Both the position numbers and the translations under genes were made by a program. From Hydrolagus colliei (Eukaryota), in assembly GCA_035084275.1 (NCBI GenBank), contig CM068744.1, positions 14,260,001 to 14,324,000 on the forward strand: DNA of 64,000 nucleotides. The letters run 5' to 3'. Position 1 is the stretch's first letter. Every line of letters begins with the position of its first letter. Below are positions 1-12,209 of this stretch, piece by piece. The notes under the pieces were generated by a model that worked only from the letters and a program-made list of their open reading frames with translations, ran no database searches and had not been told where the DNA came from.

Positions 1-232
1 AAGTTTCCAGTCTTCAGTCCATCTGGTCGCCTGAGATACACACCCATAGAAGGTACATCTGTTGCTATAATGCCCAGCGTGTGTATGTGTGTGTATGTGT
101 GTACAGTATATACACACACATCCTGATACAGGGTACGAAATAATTAAATACTTTGCATTTGGTATGTGCTTGTTTGCACATTATATTACATTACACGTGT
201 TATTATGAAACTGACCAAATTATTTTTTGTCT

Positions 233-368
233 GGGGGGGGGGGGGGGGGGGGGGAGTGGGGAGTGGGGGGGGGTGGGGGGTAGGGGGGGAGTGGGGAGTG
301 GGGGGGGTGGGGGGTAGGGGGGGGAGTGGGGGGGGTGGGGGAATGGGGGGGGGGGGGGATGAGGGGGT
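233..368. repeat. G-rich low-complexity tract in NKAIN2 intron 1 (G-quadruplex potential)
   Basis: Long G runs interrupted by A/T (GGGGAGT-like units). The Gly/Pro ORFs here are compositional artefacts. Confidence 0.9.
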
Positions 369-450
369 GCGGGTTCTTTTTTCCAAACAGCAGCGAAACC
401 AAATGTTCATTCATTAAAAATAAAACAAAAAGTTTCAGGGTCTGACTTAC

Positions 451-504
451 TAGCTGGAGGCTGCAGACGAATATCAGGGTACACCTGCCGCTGCAGCAGC
501 CCAT
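451..504 (-). CDS. NKAIN2: First coding exon (54 nt, 18 aa) of Na+/K+-transporting ATPase interacting protein 2; the rest of the gene lies left of the window
   Basis: Minus strand reads gcagctATGGGCTGCTGCAGCGGCAGGTGTACCCTGATATTCGTCTGCAGCCTCCAGCTA|GTAAGT = MGCCSGRCTLIFVCSLQL. This matches the NKAIN-family N-terminus (human NKAIN2 recalled as MGYCSGRCTLIFICGMQL), with a phase-0 consensus donor and good Kozak context (-3 G, +4 G). The paralog assignment rests on CTLIF and on head-to-head TRDN. Confidence 0.92.
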
Positions 505-540
505 AGCTGCGGGTGGGTACAGTGAGGGTCTGGCTCCGGC

Positions 541-1305
541 TGCAGCTCAGGCTGTGTCTCTGGCTGTAGTTGTATCTCTGCCTCTGGCTGGTGCTCTGGC
601 TGCAGCTGTAGCTCTGTGTCCTGCTGTAGTTATAGCTCTGGCTGTATCTCTGTCTCTGGCTGTCTCTCTGTCTCTGGCTGTCTCTCTGTCTCTGGCTGTC
701 TCTCTGTCTCTGGCTGTCTCTCTGTCTCTGGCTGTCTCTCTGTCTCTGGCTGTCTCTCTGTCTCTGGCTGTCTCTCTGTCTCTGGCTGTCTCTCTGTCTC
801 TGGCTGTCTCTCTGTCTCTCTGTCTCTGGCTGTCTCTCTGTCTCTGGCTGTCTCTCTGTCTCTGGCTGTCTCTCTGTCTCTGGCTGTAGTTGTATCTCTG
901 TCTCTGGCTGTCTCTCTGTCTCTGGCTGTCTCTCTGTCTCTGGCTGTATCTCTGTCTCTGGCTGTATCTCTGTCTCTGGCTGTGGCTGTAGCTCTGTCTC
1001 TGGTATCTCTGTCTCTGGCTGTCTCTCTGTCTCTGGCTGTGGCTGTAGCTCTGTCTCTGGTATCTCTGTCTCTGGCTGTCTCTCTGTCTCTGGCTGTATC
1101 TCTGGCTCTGGTGTCTCTGGCTGTTATCTCTCTGGTGTCTCTGGCTGTTATCTCTCTGTGTCTCTGGCTGTTATCTCTCTGTGTCTCTGGCTGTTATCTC
1201 TCTGTGTCTCTGGCTGTTATCTCTGGTGTCTCTGGCTGTTATCTCTGGTGTCTCTGGCTGTTATCTCTGGTGTCTCTGGCTGTTATCTCTCTGGTGTCTC
1301 TGGCT
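541..1305. repeat. Compound minisatellite directly upstream of the NKAIN2 ATG
   Basis: Near-perfect 18-bp unit TCTCTGGCTGTCTCTCTG at about 650-890, with variants to about 1110. A 21-23-bp unit TCTCTGGCTGTTATCTCT(CT)G(G)TG continues to about 1305. Degenerate copies occupy 541-650. Confidence 0.95.
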
Positions 1306-1530
1306 GGCGGATGGGGCCGCCCGCGGCACAGAGAGCCGCTGCCCGGGGAGGAGAGAGCCGGTGATTCCCGCCGGTCCTGATTTGCCGAGTCCCCGTCAAC
1401 ACCTGGACCCGGTCGCTCCACACACGGAGTTGAGCCCGACCTGTCTCAGCAGCGGCGGCGAGTGGCGAGTGGCCGCCGTGTGAGGGCTGCCCGCACTTCT
1501 CCTCCTCCTCCTCCTCCTCCTCACCATCAC
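1306..1530 (-). promoter_or_regulatory. Small CpG-island-like segment, probable NKAIN2 promoter/TSS region
   Basis: Highest GC and CpG density near the gene, ending in a (CCT)n tract, 0.8-1 kb upstream of the ATG. The TSS itself cannot be determined from sequence. Confidence 0.65.
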
Positions 1531-1559
1531 TGTGCCAACCAGCCTACACCATCAGCTCC

Positions 1560-1967
1560 ACACTCACTAGCGCTGCTCACTACACACCCAGCAACCACAC
1601 ACACACACACACAGATACACACCCAGCAACCACACACACACACACACACTACACACCCAGCAACCACACACACACACTCACTACACACCCAGCAACCACA
1701 CACACACACTCACTACACACCCAGCAACCACACACACACACACACACAGATACACACTCACTAGCGCTGCTCACTACACACCCAGCAACCACACACACAC
1801 ACACACTACACACCCAGCAACCACACACACACACAGATACACACTCACTAGCGCTGCTCACTACACACCCAGCAACCACACACACACACACACACAGATA
1901 CACACTCACTAGCGCTGCTCACTACACACCCAGCAACCACACACACACACACAGATACACTCTCACT
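1560..1967. repeat. CA-rich compound minisatellite
   Basis: Recurring unit CACTCACTAGCGCTGCTCACTACACACCCAGCAACC(AC)nAGATACA plus shorter internal sub-units. Confidence 0.95.
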
Positions 1968-2061
1968 GCAAACTCCTGTCAGTGTAGCATGTGCTCCCCT
2001 AACCACACAAGGCAGTTTTGCTCCAGACTCCACACTTCACTTAGCAAAAGACTGAGAATCC

Positions 2062-2092
<31 letters not shown>

Positions 2093-2118
2093 GCTGTCAT
2101 TCTCTTGCTCATTCACAA

Positions 2119-2153
<35 letters not shown>

Positions 2154-2388
2154 GTATTTCTCTTTGTATCCCTCTCCCTGCCTTTCTCTCTTTCACTATC
2201 TCTCCCACTCTCTATGTCTGTCCCTCTCTCACACCCCCACCTCTCACTGTCTTTCTCTCTCTATCTGCCTATATCTCTCCCTCTCTCGCTAAGAATCTCT
2301 CTCACTATCTCTCCCTAACTCTCTCCTTCTCTCACTAGCCCTCTCTCTATCACTATCTCTCCCTAACTCTCTCCCTCTCTCACCAACC

Positions 2389-2419
<31 letters not shown>

Positions 2420-2845
2420 CTTAACTCTCTCCCTCTCTCACCAACCCTCTCTCTCTCTCTCTCACTATCTCTCCTTAACTCTCTCCCTCTCTCACCAACC
2501 CTCTCTCTCTCTCACTATCTCTCCCTAACTCTCTCCTTCTCCCACTGACCCTCTCTCACTATCTCTCCCTAACTCTCTCCCTCTCTCACCAACCCTCTCT
2601 CTCTCTCTCTCGCCCTAACTCTCTCCCTCTCTCTCTCACTATCTCTCCCTAACTCTCTCCCTCTCTCACTAACCCTCTCTCGCTATCTCTCCCTTTACTC
2701 TCTCCCTCTCTCACTGACCCTCTCTCGCTATCTCTCCCTTACTCTCTCCCTCTCTCACTAACCCTCTCTCACCAACCCTCTCTCTCTCTCTCTCTCTAAG
2801 TCTCCCTAACTCTCTCCCTCTCTCACCAACACTCTCTCTATCTCT
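2062..2845. repeat. CT-rich polypyrimidine minisatellite
   Basis: (CT)n tracts and a recurring unit CACTATCTCTCCCTAACTCTCTCCCTCTCTCACCAACC(CT)n. Confidence 0.93.
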
Positions 2846-4923
2846 GTCCCAGTAAAAGATCTTGTTGTCGCTGTCTCCTCCACCCCACCCGCTCCTCCTG
2901 ACGCGGGTTCCTCGACGACTAATTTATTTACTCCCCAGTCTGTAGCTTTGGGTCACTGTGTGTCCCCCCCCCCCCCCTCACCTCAAAGAAACAGAAATAC
3001 TGGAAAAGACACGACCCTCCCCTTCCTCTCAACACGTCAGTTCATGGCTCTGAGCTGCAAGAATCAGCCAAGACGTGTCCAACCCCTGGACTTATCGCTT
3101 TAATAACTTGTCCCCTCGTTATTTATTTCTCTCCCTCCCTCTCTCTCTCTCTCCCTCTCTCTCTCTCGACCAAACAGGGTCACGGCATCGTTGGGGAGAT
3201 AGATACCAATGCAAGTGACTTACAGCTGAGGCTACAGATGAGAATCACAGAGAGAGAGAGAGAGCAATGTGTGAGCAGCTCCCTGGCTATCAGAGCTTTG
3301 CTGTTCAATTTGAGACATTGGTGTATACAGCCCTTGGTTGATCTGTACCTCCCCTCCCCCCCCCCCCCCCCCCCCCCACACACACACAGCACCGATTTTC
3401 TCTGTGACCTTTTCTGTGATAAGGAACAAGGGGCGTCTGTACCTCAGGCAATTAAACTTGATTCCTGGACCTATTAAATACATTATTAGATGTGTTTTTG
3501 GTGGAAACTGACTTTGAACAAACCAGGCTTTTAAAATGGGAAAAGTACAACATTGTGCTTTGGGTGGGTGGGGGGGGGGGGGGAGTGGGGGGGGAACTCG
3601 GGCTGTTTTTATTTTTTTATATAGCAAAGGAGAGCGATAAATCGAGATAAATTAGACATAAGTGTGACATGAGAGGGAATCGACTCCGTGTAACTCCACA
3701 GTTCAGACTCAGTTATGCGGCCAGTTGATGGACTGCCGCCTGAAAGTGAAAATAATAACAGGAATCATTGTTATTGTATTGTTCTTATTGAAAAAAATGA
3801 AAAGAATCACACGATGATTACAAGCAGTGACTTTACCAAGGACCACTGTCAAATAATACAGCAAAAAAATATTGTCTTAACCACATCAACCGGACTCTCC
3901 CTCCACCCAATGAGAAATGTATCTGTTGCAAAAGTTTTACAATTCCCTCATGGGTTATTTATTGGTACGGTTAAAATAATTGTTAATTCCTTTCCGGCTC
4001 AAATATATCAGGTGCAATTGATTTGCGTTGGCATTTTGATATATCCAGCCTTTAAAAATCGTTATGTTTCCCGACCCTTTTGCTTTAGTTGACAGAATGA
4101 ATGTCCTGTGCCTCCTCCCATGCCCTCCCCATCTTCCCCAGACACATTTGTGTAGAATAGAGGTGGGGGTTACACACAGTTACTGTACGTGTAACCAGAT
4201 CAGTTTAGTCGGTCCTTCGATCGATACTTGTATTGGTGTTAAGAGACAAATCACACATTGCAAACACTTATTTCCTGAGATATACATACACCTGGACATC
4301 AGTTCTCATTGAAGTCTTTTCCCAGTCCAATTGCTAGTTCGCATCTGGCACCTTCTTAACTTAAGATATGTTTTCAGGCAATAAGATGTGTTGTTTTGTG
4401 TATATGATAGTATCTACTCACCTGTTATCGATCAGAGTGAAATTGTCCAGCAAGAGCCCGCAGGGAGTTCATAGTTACCAGAGCGACCTCTCCTGGCTGT
4501 GTTAGTCACTGAGGGAAGTGGTTGAAATCAATATTCGTTTTTTACCCCCCAAAATAAAAATCAACACTGATTTATTTTCACATTCAAATAAAAACTCCTA
4601 CCGTAAAAACGAATACAACTGATCTTCATCGCTGTAAGTATTAGAAGGTGCTTATTCCCCCCAAAATTTTTTTAATGTATATTTTAAAGGACTTTTAAAT
4701 AATATTTTATTGAGAAATATTTTCGTTGTAAAAAAAATGCAGGGAGAATGCTGTCTATTTAGACATGAGTGTGAAAATAATTCCTGTACACGTGGGATGA
4801 AGGATTTCTAGTGAAACAAATGTCATGGTTGATAAGGATAATAAGACCTAAATGTAAAGTAAAGTCACAACCTTCTACTGTACAAGCTTCTCCTTGCTGA
4901 CACAATCTACAAGCCTGGGATCT

Positions 4924-5540
4924 ACAACAACAACAACTTCGATTTATATAGCGCCCTCCACGTCGGACGGCGTCTCAGAGCGATGGAAAATACTTCCAAA
5001 TGTGTGCCGCTGACACTCAATTCAACATTTCTGACTCCAGGACTAATGGTGTCCTGACAGACTGCCTTTCAGACATCCAGTCCTTGGCGAGCCTCAGCTG
5101 TTCCCGTTTGTCTGGGCTCCGACAAGGCCTGTTTCCTTTTAAATCTCTGCAACATCACCCGTCTTGCTCACCACCTCAACCCCAAAACCATGCATAACTT
5201 TGTTACCACCAGAGATAACTTGTATCCTCTCCTGTGCCAGGCTCTTGAACTCCATCACCACATTCTTGCCCAACTTATCCTCATCCTTAACTTCAAAATG
5301 CCTCCACATTACCATCACACCTCTGTGATTTTTCACCAATCCTACTCCCCAAGCCTTTCCCTCCAACCCATCAACTCTAATCTGCTTCACGCCCAACCTA
5401 CTCCACTCTGTCATTAGCAGTCTGATCTTTCAGCCATTCTGCCCCCAATCCCCTGGAGTTCTCTTGTGGCAGCCGTTTTCTCCCTTCTTTTTTCCAAACT
5501 CGTTTAAAGATCATTCTCTTTAACTGTATCTCCCACAGTA
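4924..5540. mobile_element. Short L2 3' tail (minus, about 4924-4982) next to a decayed L2 fragment (plus)
   Basis: (AAC)n-TTCGATTTATATAGCGCCCTCCACG is the reverse complement of the L2 tail at about 40060-40113. The downstream GVLTDCLSDIQS-like peptide resembles L2 ORF2. Confidence 0.7.
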
Positions 5541-5799
5541 ACCTTCCCTCGAGGTTAATAATGTGATGAAAAATAACCAGAGATGGGCCACACAACCTAT
5601 TCCTACACAGGAACATTCTGTGATTCAAAATAACAATTCAAAATGTTTGTCATATTGTGTCCCTGAAGGGAACATGAAGGGACACATTCTGCTTACCTAA
5701 TTTCAGAGAGAATTGGCAGTTTGACAAAAAAAAATGGATTTGGGGATGCCAGAGTGTGCATTGGGGTACTGCTGTCGTCTGACCAGGTAAATCATAGCT

Positions 5800-7936
5800 T
5801 GCTATGTCTGGCAGGCTTCTCCACTGCCTCTCCAGATACTACCACCCCGATAGACCCCCGTAAATCCCTCCGGTACACCAGCCACCTCCAAACCCTCAAG
5901 GCACAAGTGCGAGCTGCCGAATATGTCTGGACCAAATCCAAACCTGGTCCATAGGCAGATTTGGCTGGATCAGTCTAAGGCCTACCACTCCGCCCTTGCC
6001 TCTGCCAAGTCCTCCTACTACTCCAAGTTAACCTTGGAGGCCAAGGACAACCCCAGGCTCCTCTTCTCCACCACAAACCATCTCCTCCATCCATCCTCCC
6101 ACGTCTCATCTTCCAACTCTAACTGCGAGGAGATGCTGGATTTCCTCAAATCTAAAATTGAGGGGATCCGTACAGCCACCTCTACCCCATCCACCACTAC
6201 TTCACCATTAACTCTCCCTCAGGATTCAATTCCCTCCCACAACCACTACACATCTTTGACCCTATCTCTCCAAACACCATCTGTGCTCTCATCCGAAAAA
6301 TGAAACCCACCACTTGCTCCCTTAACTCCATCCCGACCTTGCTCTTCATCTCCCAGCTCCACCTCCTAGCCCCTCTCCCAACTGACATCATGAACCTCTC
6401 CCTATCCACCGGCACTGTTCCGACCCCTCTAAAAACAGCTGTCATCACCCACATCCTGAAAAAACCTTTGCTGGACCTATCCCTACTCTCCAGCTACCGC
6501 CCCATCTTCAGCCTCCCATTTCTTTCTAAGGCCCTGGAATGAGTCGTTGCTTCTCAGCTTCGCACCTTTCTCTGCTGCCATTCCCCTATAATTCAGCTTC
6601 CATGCTGTGGATAGCATGGAAACAGCCCTGGTCAAAGTCTCCAATGACATTTTAAACATCTGTAATCAGGGCTCACTCTGCCTCCTTCTCCTCCTTGACC
6701 TCTCTGCTGCCAATGACACTGTTGACCACTTCATCCTCCTACACAGCCTCTCCTCCCAGCTCAATCTTCATGGACCTGTTTGGTTTGACTCTTACCTTTC
6801 TCACGGTCCCCACTTGGTCGCCACCAATGGCTACTCTTCCAGCCCCTGCACTGTTACCTGTAGTGTCCCCCAGGGCTCTGTCATTGGCCGCCTACTATTT
6901 ACCATCTACATGCTCCCCATTTGTGACATCGTCCACAGATATGGGGTCAACTTCCATTTGTAATGCGGATGACACCCAACTCTATCTTTCTGCCTCTACC
7001 CTCGATTCTAGGACCACTGCTGTACTGACAGACTGCTTGTCAGACAACAAGTCCTGGATGTGAGCTAACTTTCTACATTTGAATGTCAACAAGACCGAGG
7101 CCCTCTTGATTGGCTCCGTCGAGCGCATTCACGCATCAGGCACTGGCAGCATGAACTTCCATGGTTGCACAATGAACCTCATCAAGCTAGTCAGGAAACT
7201 TGGTGTCTTCTTCGATCCTCAACTGACTTTACTTCTCCACATCCAAGCCATGAACCCCTCTGCCTTCCCTCGCCTCTGCAATATAGCCCGACTCAGTCAC
7301 TACCTCTCACCCTTCAGGCCACTGAAACCCTCATTCATGCCTTCATCATATCCCAACTCGACTACACCAATGCTTTGCTTGTCAATCTTCCCAATTCCTC
7401 CCTCCATAGGCTGCAGATAATCCAGAACTCTGTGACCCATGTCCTCTATGCTCTAAGCTTCTTGACCCCATCTCCCCTATCCTCGCCCAATTCCATTGGT
7501 TCCCCATCACCATTCAATTCAAGATACTGTTCCTCACCTTCAAAGGCCTCTGTGGCCTTGCCCCATCCTATCTCTGCAACCTCCAAACCCCTACCAACCT
7601 GCCCGCCCTGTCTACTCAGCAGACTCCAGCTTGCTCCACATCCCTTACCCCACCCTCCCCACCATTGTTGGGCGAGCCTTCAGCCACTCTGCCTCCAACC
7701 TCTGGAACTCCATCCGGCAGTCCCTCCTTCTTGCCCCCTCCCTAGGCTTCTTTAAGTCCTGCCTCAAGACCTTCCTCTTCGATGGCTCCATCGGTCACCC
7801 CAAATCCCCCCTTACACCCTTCCCTTCTCCAACCCCAGCTCGGGTCTGAAACAATGACCATCTAAGCACCTTGGTACGTACACCTGAAGTGTACAAATGT
7901 AATTTTGCTGTACAAATGTAATTTTGTTTTTGTTGT
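5800..7936 (+). mobile_element. 5'-truncated L2 LINE with disrupted reverse-transcriptase ORF2 and 3' tail
   Basis: Motifs across shifted frames: SSYRPIFSLPFLSKALE, METALVKVSND, LLLDLSAANDTVDH, VPQGSVIGRLLFTIY, (Y>N)ADDTQLY, ETLIHAFIISQLDYTN, GRAFSHSASNLWNS, FKSCLKTFLF. Contains several stops and frameshifts and ends in a TTG-rich tail. Confidence 0.95.
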
Positions 7937-7997
7937 AGTACCATCCTACCTATTAGGGTTTTGGTTTGCAAGTTAATAGGAACTGAGTGGGAACCAT

Positions 7998-8276
7998 GGA
8001 GCCCTGTTACTCAGTGGTTAGGGCACTCACCTTGCAAATGAGAGAGCTGGGTTCGAGTCCAGGCAGGGCAAAATCTTGGGCAAGTTTCCTGACTTCACAC
8101 GCCTGCTAATAATCCCTGCCAAAAAAAACTGTTTGTGGGAAACTGCTGTGAGCAATTGGTTATCACGTTTCGCCCACAAATATACAGTCAATTCACTTCA
8201 CAGTACATTCTGAGAAACGTTTTGAGATGTCTAGAAGATGTGAAAAACACTATATCAAATGCAAGGATTATTATTT
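7998..8276 (+). mobile_element. Full-length tRNA-derived SINE (A/B boxes, Deu-like 3' body, L2-like tail)
   Basis: A box TTACTCAGTGG, B box GGTTCGAGTCC, body TGTGGGAAACTGCTGTGAGCAATTGG, tail TATATCAAATGCAAGG(ATT)n. Many copies occur across the window. Confidence 0.9.
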
Positions 8277-9477
8277 TAATTATAGTCCTTGCCCTCCAGT
8301 GACTGGTATGTCCTTCCAAGTTTTGCCAATGAGACAGGCTGGCTGGGCTGTCATCGCTAGTGCTCTGGAGTACAGCGGATCTATCTGGCTCAGGAATTGG
8401 ATCATTCAGATCACCAACGAGGGCTGGGTTGATTCTGACATTCCATTGCCACCTTGGAGGTGTTCAGCTCCAAGAAGACTTGTTTTCCTCTGCGATATTA
8501 TTTTTTTTGTAAGAATTTTACTTAGTTATTTCATTTTAAAAGATGATATTAATGATCATTCAGTCTCCAGTGCAGAGCGATTGCTCAACTGGAAAATTTT
8601 CATCAAGGTGAAAAGCACCAATTAATTTCAAGTTACTGCAGAGCCCCTAGTGCAGTTGATTCTTGAATAGGATTAAAATCCATGAGGATGACCGAATGAA
8701 CTGTTAACTGTAACATTTTAAAGGTTACACATTTTCTTTTCATTGGCTGCTGCAGTCAGCCCACAGTGCTCCAAAATAGTCCTTTAAAATTTAAATCTCT
8801 ATCACAGAGGTCCCAAAACAACACAGCTTTGGCATAGTGTTCACAAAAAAGAAAGCTTTAAAGTCTTTAGTGTCAGGAAAGATGAAGAAATTGTTTGTTC
8901 AACAATTAAGAATTAAATTGTTAAACCTTCCTTTGAAGAAGTGAACTTTCGGCTTGGGGGATTTAGGTTAAACTTTGGAAGGACAAGTCAATTAGAATCT
9001 TTGATGCTCTTTCAATTTAAAAGCAATTAATTTAAGCACTGGAAGTATGTTGTATGTAACTAATTGAAAGTCAATTATGTTATACGCTGGTCACTGTGAT
9101 ATGTGCTGCACATGTTCTATCACTAAAAAGCTCGTTATATAAGTTAGAAAATGAAGGCAATTTGATAATTCTGTAATTAATTACATTCACGGGCTAGTTT
9201 TAACCCAATGTTTGGAAATCCCGGAAAGAGTGATTGTCTGATCATTCATGAATTTGCTAACCTTGGCAGCCAAGTGCATTTAATTCTGTGTTGGTTTGTA
9301 AATTCAACAAGATTAAGATATGCTCACCCATGAAGATGTGAGAACTTCCATTTGGGAGAATTATTTTTCTTAAATTGCAATTTGACATCTTAGGCTCTAC
9401 TGAAAAAACAAGGCCCTTAAGAAAGATAGTCTGACTGTCACCTAATTGCTTTCACTCTGGGAATGACTAGATTACAT

Positions 9478-10615
9478 TAATAATAATCCTTGCATTTGAT
9501 ATAGCGCTTTTCAAGTCTTCTAGGCATCTCAAAACACTTCACAGAATACAACAACAACAACAAAATTGCGCTTATATAGTGCCTTTCATGTTGGGAGGAC
9601 GTCCCAAAGCACTGAACAGTCTGGTCGGGACCCGAGCGGGGGGTTGGGGGGGGTGGGAAGTGGAGTGGGGTGAGGGTTAAAATAGGGGAAAGGGGAAGGA
9701 GAGTGGGAGAAGGGGAAGAGTTAGTGGGGTAGCTGAAGGCGCGGTCAAAGAGGAAGGTCTTGAAACCGGCCTTGAAGGAGGAAAGGGAGGAAGCAAGGCA
9801 GAGGGGCTGTGGGATGGAGTTTCACAGTGTGGGAGCAGAGAGGCTAGACCCGGCCGCCGATGGTTGGGCGATTGGGGTGGTGGACGCAGAGCAGGCCTGA
9901 GTCTGCTGAATGGAGGGTGCGGGCAGGCTGATAGGGAGACAGTAGGTCAGAGAGATAGGCGGAGGCAAGGCCGTAAATGGTCTTGAAAATGAGGCCAAGG
10001 ATCTTGAATTCGATCCTCTGGGTGACGGGAGCCAGTGGAGACGGGCGAGGGTAGGAGTGATGTGGTCGCGAAGCCTGGTACGGGAGAGTACACGAGCTGC
10101 AGATTTCTGAATGATCTATAACCTGTGAAGGGAGGAGCTAGGGAGGCTGAGAGTTCCCGTAGTTGAGCCTGGAAGTGATAAAGGCACGAATGAGGGTTTC
10201 GGCGGCGTGGGTGGTGAGGTAGTGGCGGAGTCTTGCAATATTGCGGAGGTGATGGAGGGCTGTTCCAGTCATGGAGCAGATGTGGGGGAGGAAGGATAGC
10301 TTGGGGTCGAACAAGACACCCAGATTCCTGATTGGCTTCGAGAGGTGGAGAGAGCAGCCTTGAACGCTGATGTTGTCGAATACAATGTATAGTGAATTGA
10401 CTATATATTTGTGGGTGAAACACGGCAGCCAATTGCACACAGCAGTATCCCACAAACAGTCGTGGATTGAAATGACCAATTCATTATTATTTTTGAGGGA
10501 TTATTATCAGCTGTGTGGAGTAAGGAAACTTGCCCAAGGTTTTGCCCTGCCTGCAATTGAACCCAGGTCTCTCACTTGTAAGGCAAGTTCTTAACCACAG
10601 AGCTACAGGACTCCA
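9478..10615 (-). mobile_element. SINE interrupted by an L2 3' fragment (9552-10377)
   Basis: SINE tail at 9478-9551 and body/head at 10378-10615. The L2 insert is flanked by the direct repeat GAATACAA (9544-9551, 10378-10385) and encodes AETLIRAFITSRLNYGN. Confidence 0.9.
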
Positions 10616-12209
10616 CAATGGAAAACACAATAAAATAATAAAATGGGAAACATTTTATTTGTTCGCACTTTGTAACTGATATAGACTGCCAGCAGTAATG
10701 ATGAATGAGGGCTTTGGTATTTATGCAATTTCTCTGTTCTTGGTAGAATTGCCATCAACTATCGATGTCATTTGTCCCATCATATCTGTGCTAGCTTTTA
10801 GAGTGTGATTGTTTGATTTACCTGCATTTTCCCCATACCCATGTAGTTGAATCCTTTTCAAATATCCATCTGGTATCCTAGTTCAAGAGAATCAAGAGAT
10901 AAATACATTTTAAACATATATAGTTGTATTGTCCTCGGCAGAGTGAGCATACAATGGATTTTTACCACTGACCAACTACATCAGGGATGGCCCACTTGAG
11001 GTCCACTTGTCACATTACACAACCATAGACTAGTCACACGGAGCTGACTTACACAGTCAAAACTAAATGTCAATAATGACCTGGGTAGCAGGACATTTTA
11101 AAAAGTTTTGTAAGACATTAGCAGGATAAGGTTAGATAATATTATCAGGTTGTAATGAGCTGGAGCAGTGTCAGGCAATATAATGTATCAGAATTGTTTG
11201 ATTGAATGAAAATGATGGAAACATAACCAGAAGGTAACATATTTCGTATTGTGGTGTTCATTTTCATCTTAAAACAAGGTTAAGAACAATACTGTACATT
11301 GGTTTTGCAGCAATTTGTGAGATGACAATAAAAATATGGAGCAAATTTGTGAATAATCTGGGAAATACTGTATATTTATCAGTAGTTTAATCATTTGCCA
11401 GACTCAACTGAATCTGTGAATAGGTGCATTTGTTGATCCAAAACCCAGGAGAGTTTCAATGTCAATATCAATGTCTGAAATGTGAAAGACAATCCATGGA
11501 GTAAATTGAGGTGAATATGTTTTAGTGGTACAGTACTCTCAGATCAAAAGCAATTGATATCCAAACCTAATTAGCTGGATGTGTCAAATCTAATGTGAGA
11601 TTAATCGTGAGTGTTCTGCATTCAAAGAGTCACCTACATTAGTACTATATTAACAACACAGACATGTTCTTTCAAACAGTAATGCCATGTAAAACATAGT
11701 CATTCTGTTAAGTGTATCTAATGGTGGAAGTTTAGCCAAAATTGATTTTGGTTTTACTACCTATTACAACTCTTGTGTCAAATAATTCCAATCATTCTAA
11801 AAAAAATCCTATATTACTAATTGTCCTTGAGCCCAAACTGTAGACATTATTTTGGTATAACATTGGTACGAAAGGGAATCTTCTGCATTATAAACTGGCA
11901 ATTTTAGTCCATCACCAGAGAGTACAATGACAAAGTGCAAAAGATTTAGCAATCGTTGCAACTCTTTAAGCGGCTGCGCTAGATAAAAATATTAGATAAA
12001 AGCACTGAACTGAAATTCAAATGGAAAACTCACAGTAAATCAGAGCAATAATGAAGATCAATTTAACATTTGGATCCAGTTTCCAATTATTTATGGACTA
12101 TTCATTGTCTTTATAGAATTACATTTTTGCCTTTCTGCTTACAATATTGATAATGCAACTAGTCCAATTGAGGATAATACAATACAAATTGGATTTACAT
12201 TGTCCCTTC

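Noticed and set aside
505-1305. Repeat-encoded N-terminal extension of NKAIN2
   Set aside because: There is an in-frame TGA at 549-547 upstream of the ATG, and the QPETER frame is a different frame.
166-2338. Long Gly/Pro/Ser-Leu/Cys-Val ORFs in the ORF track
   Set aside because: They are translations of tandem repeats. Only the first 18 codons of the 220..504 minus ORF are real, and the rest is intron.
541-2845. CRISPR-like array
   Set aside because: The units are contiguous low-complexity repeats with no unique spacers and no cas genes, in a eukaryotic context.
5800-7936. Active reverse transcriptase gene or novel RT system
   Set aside because: It is a standard L2 ORF2 fragment with stops, frameshifts and a damaged YADD motif.
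7998-8070. tRNA genes (also near 13570-13643, 25105, 47570)
   Set aside because: The A/B boxes run straight into SINE body sequence and there is no intact cloverleaf.
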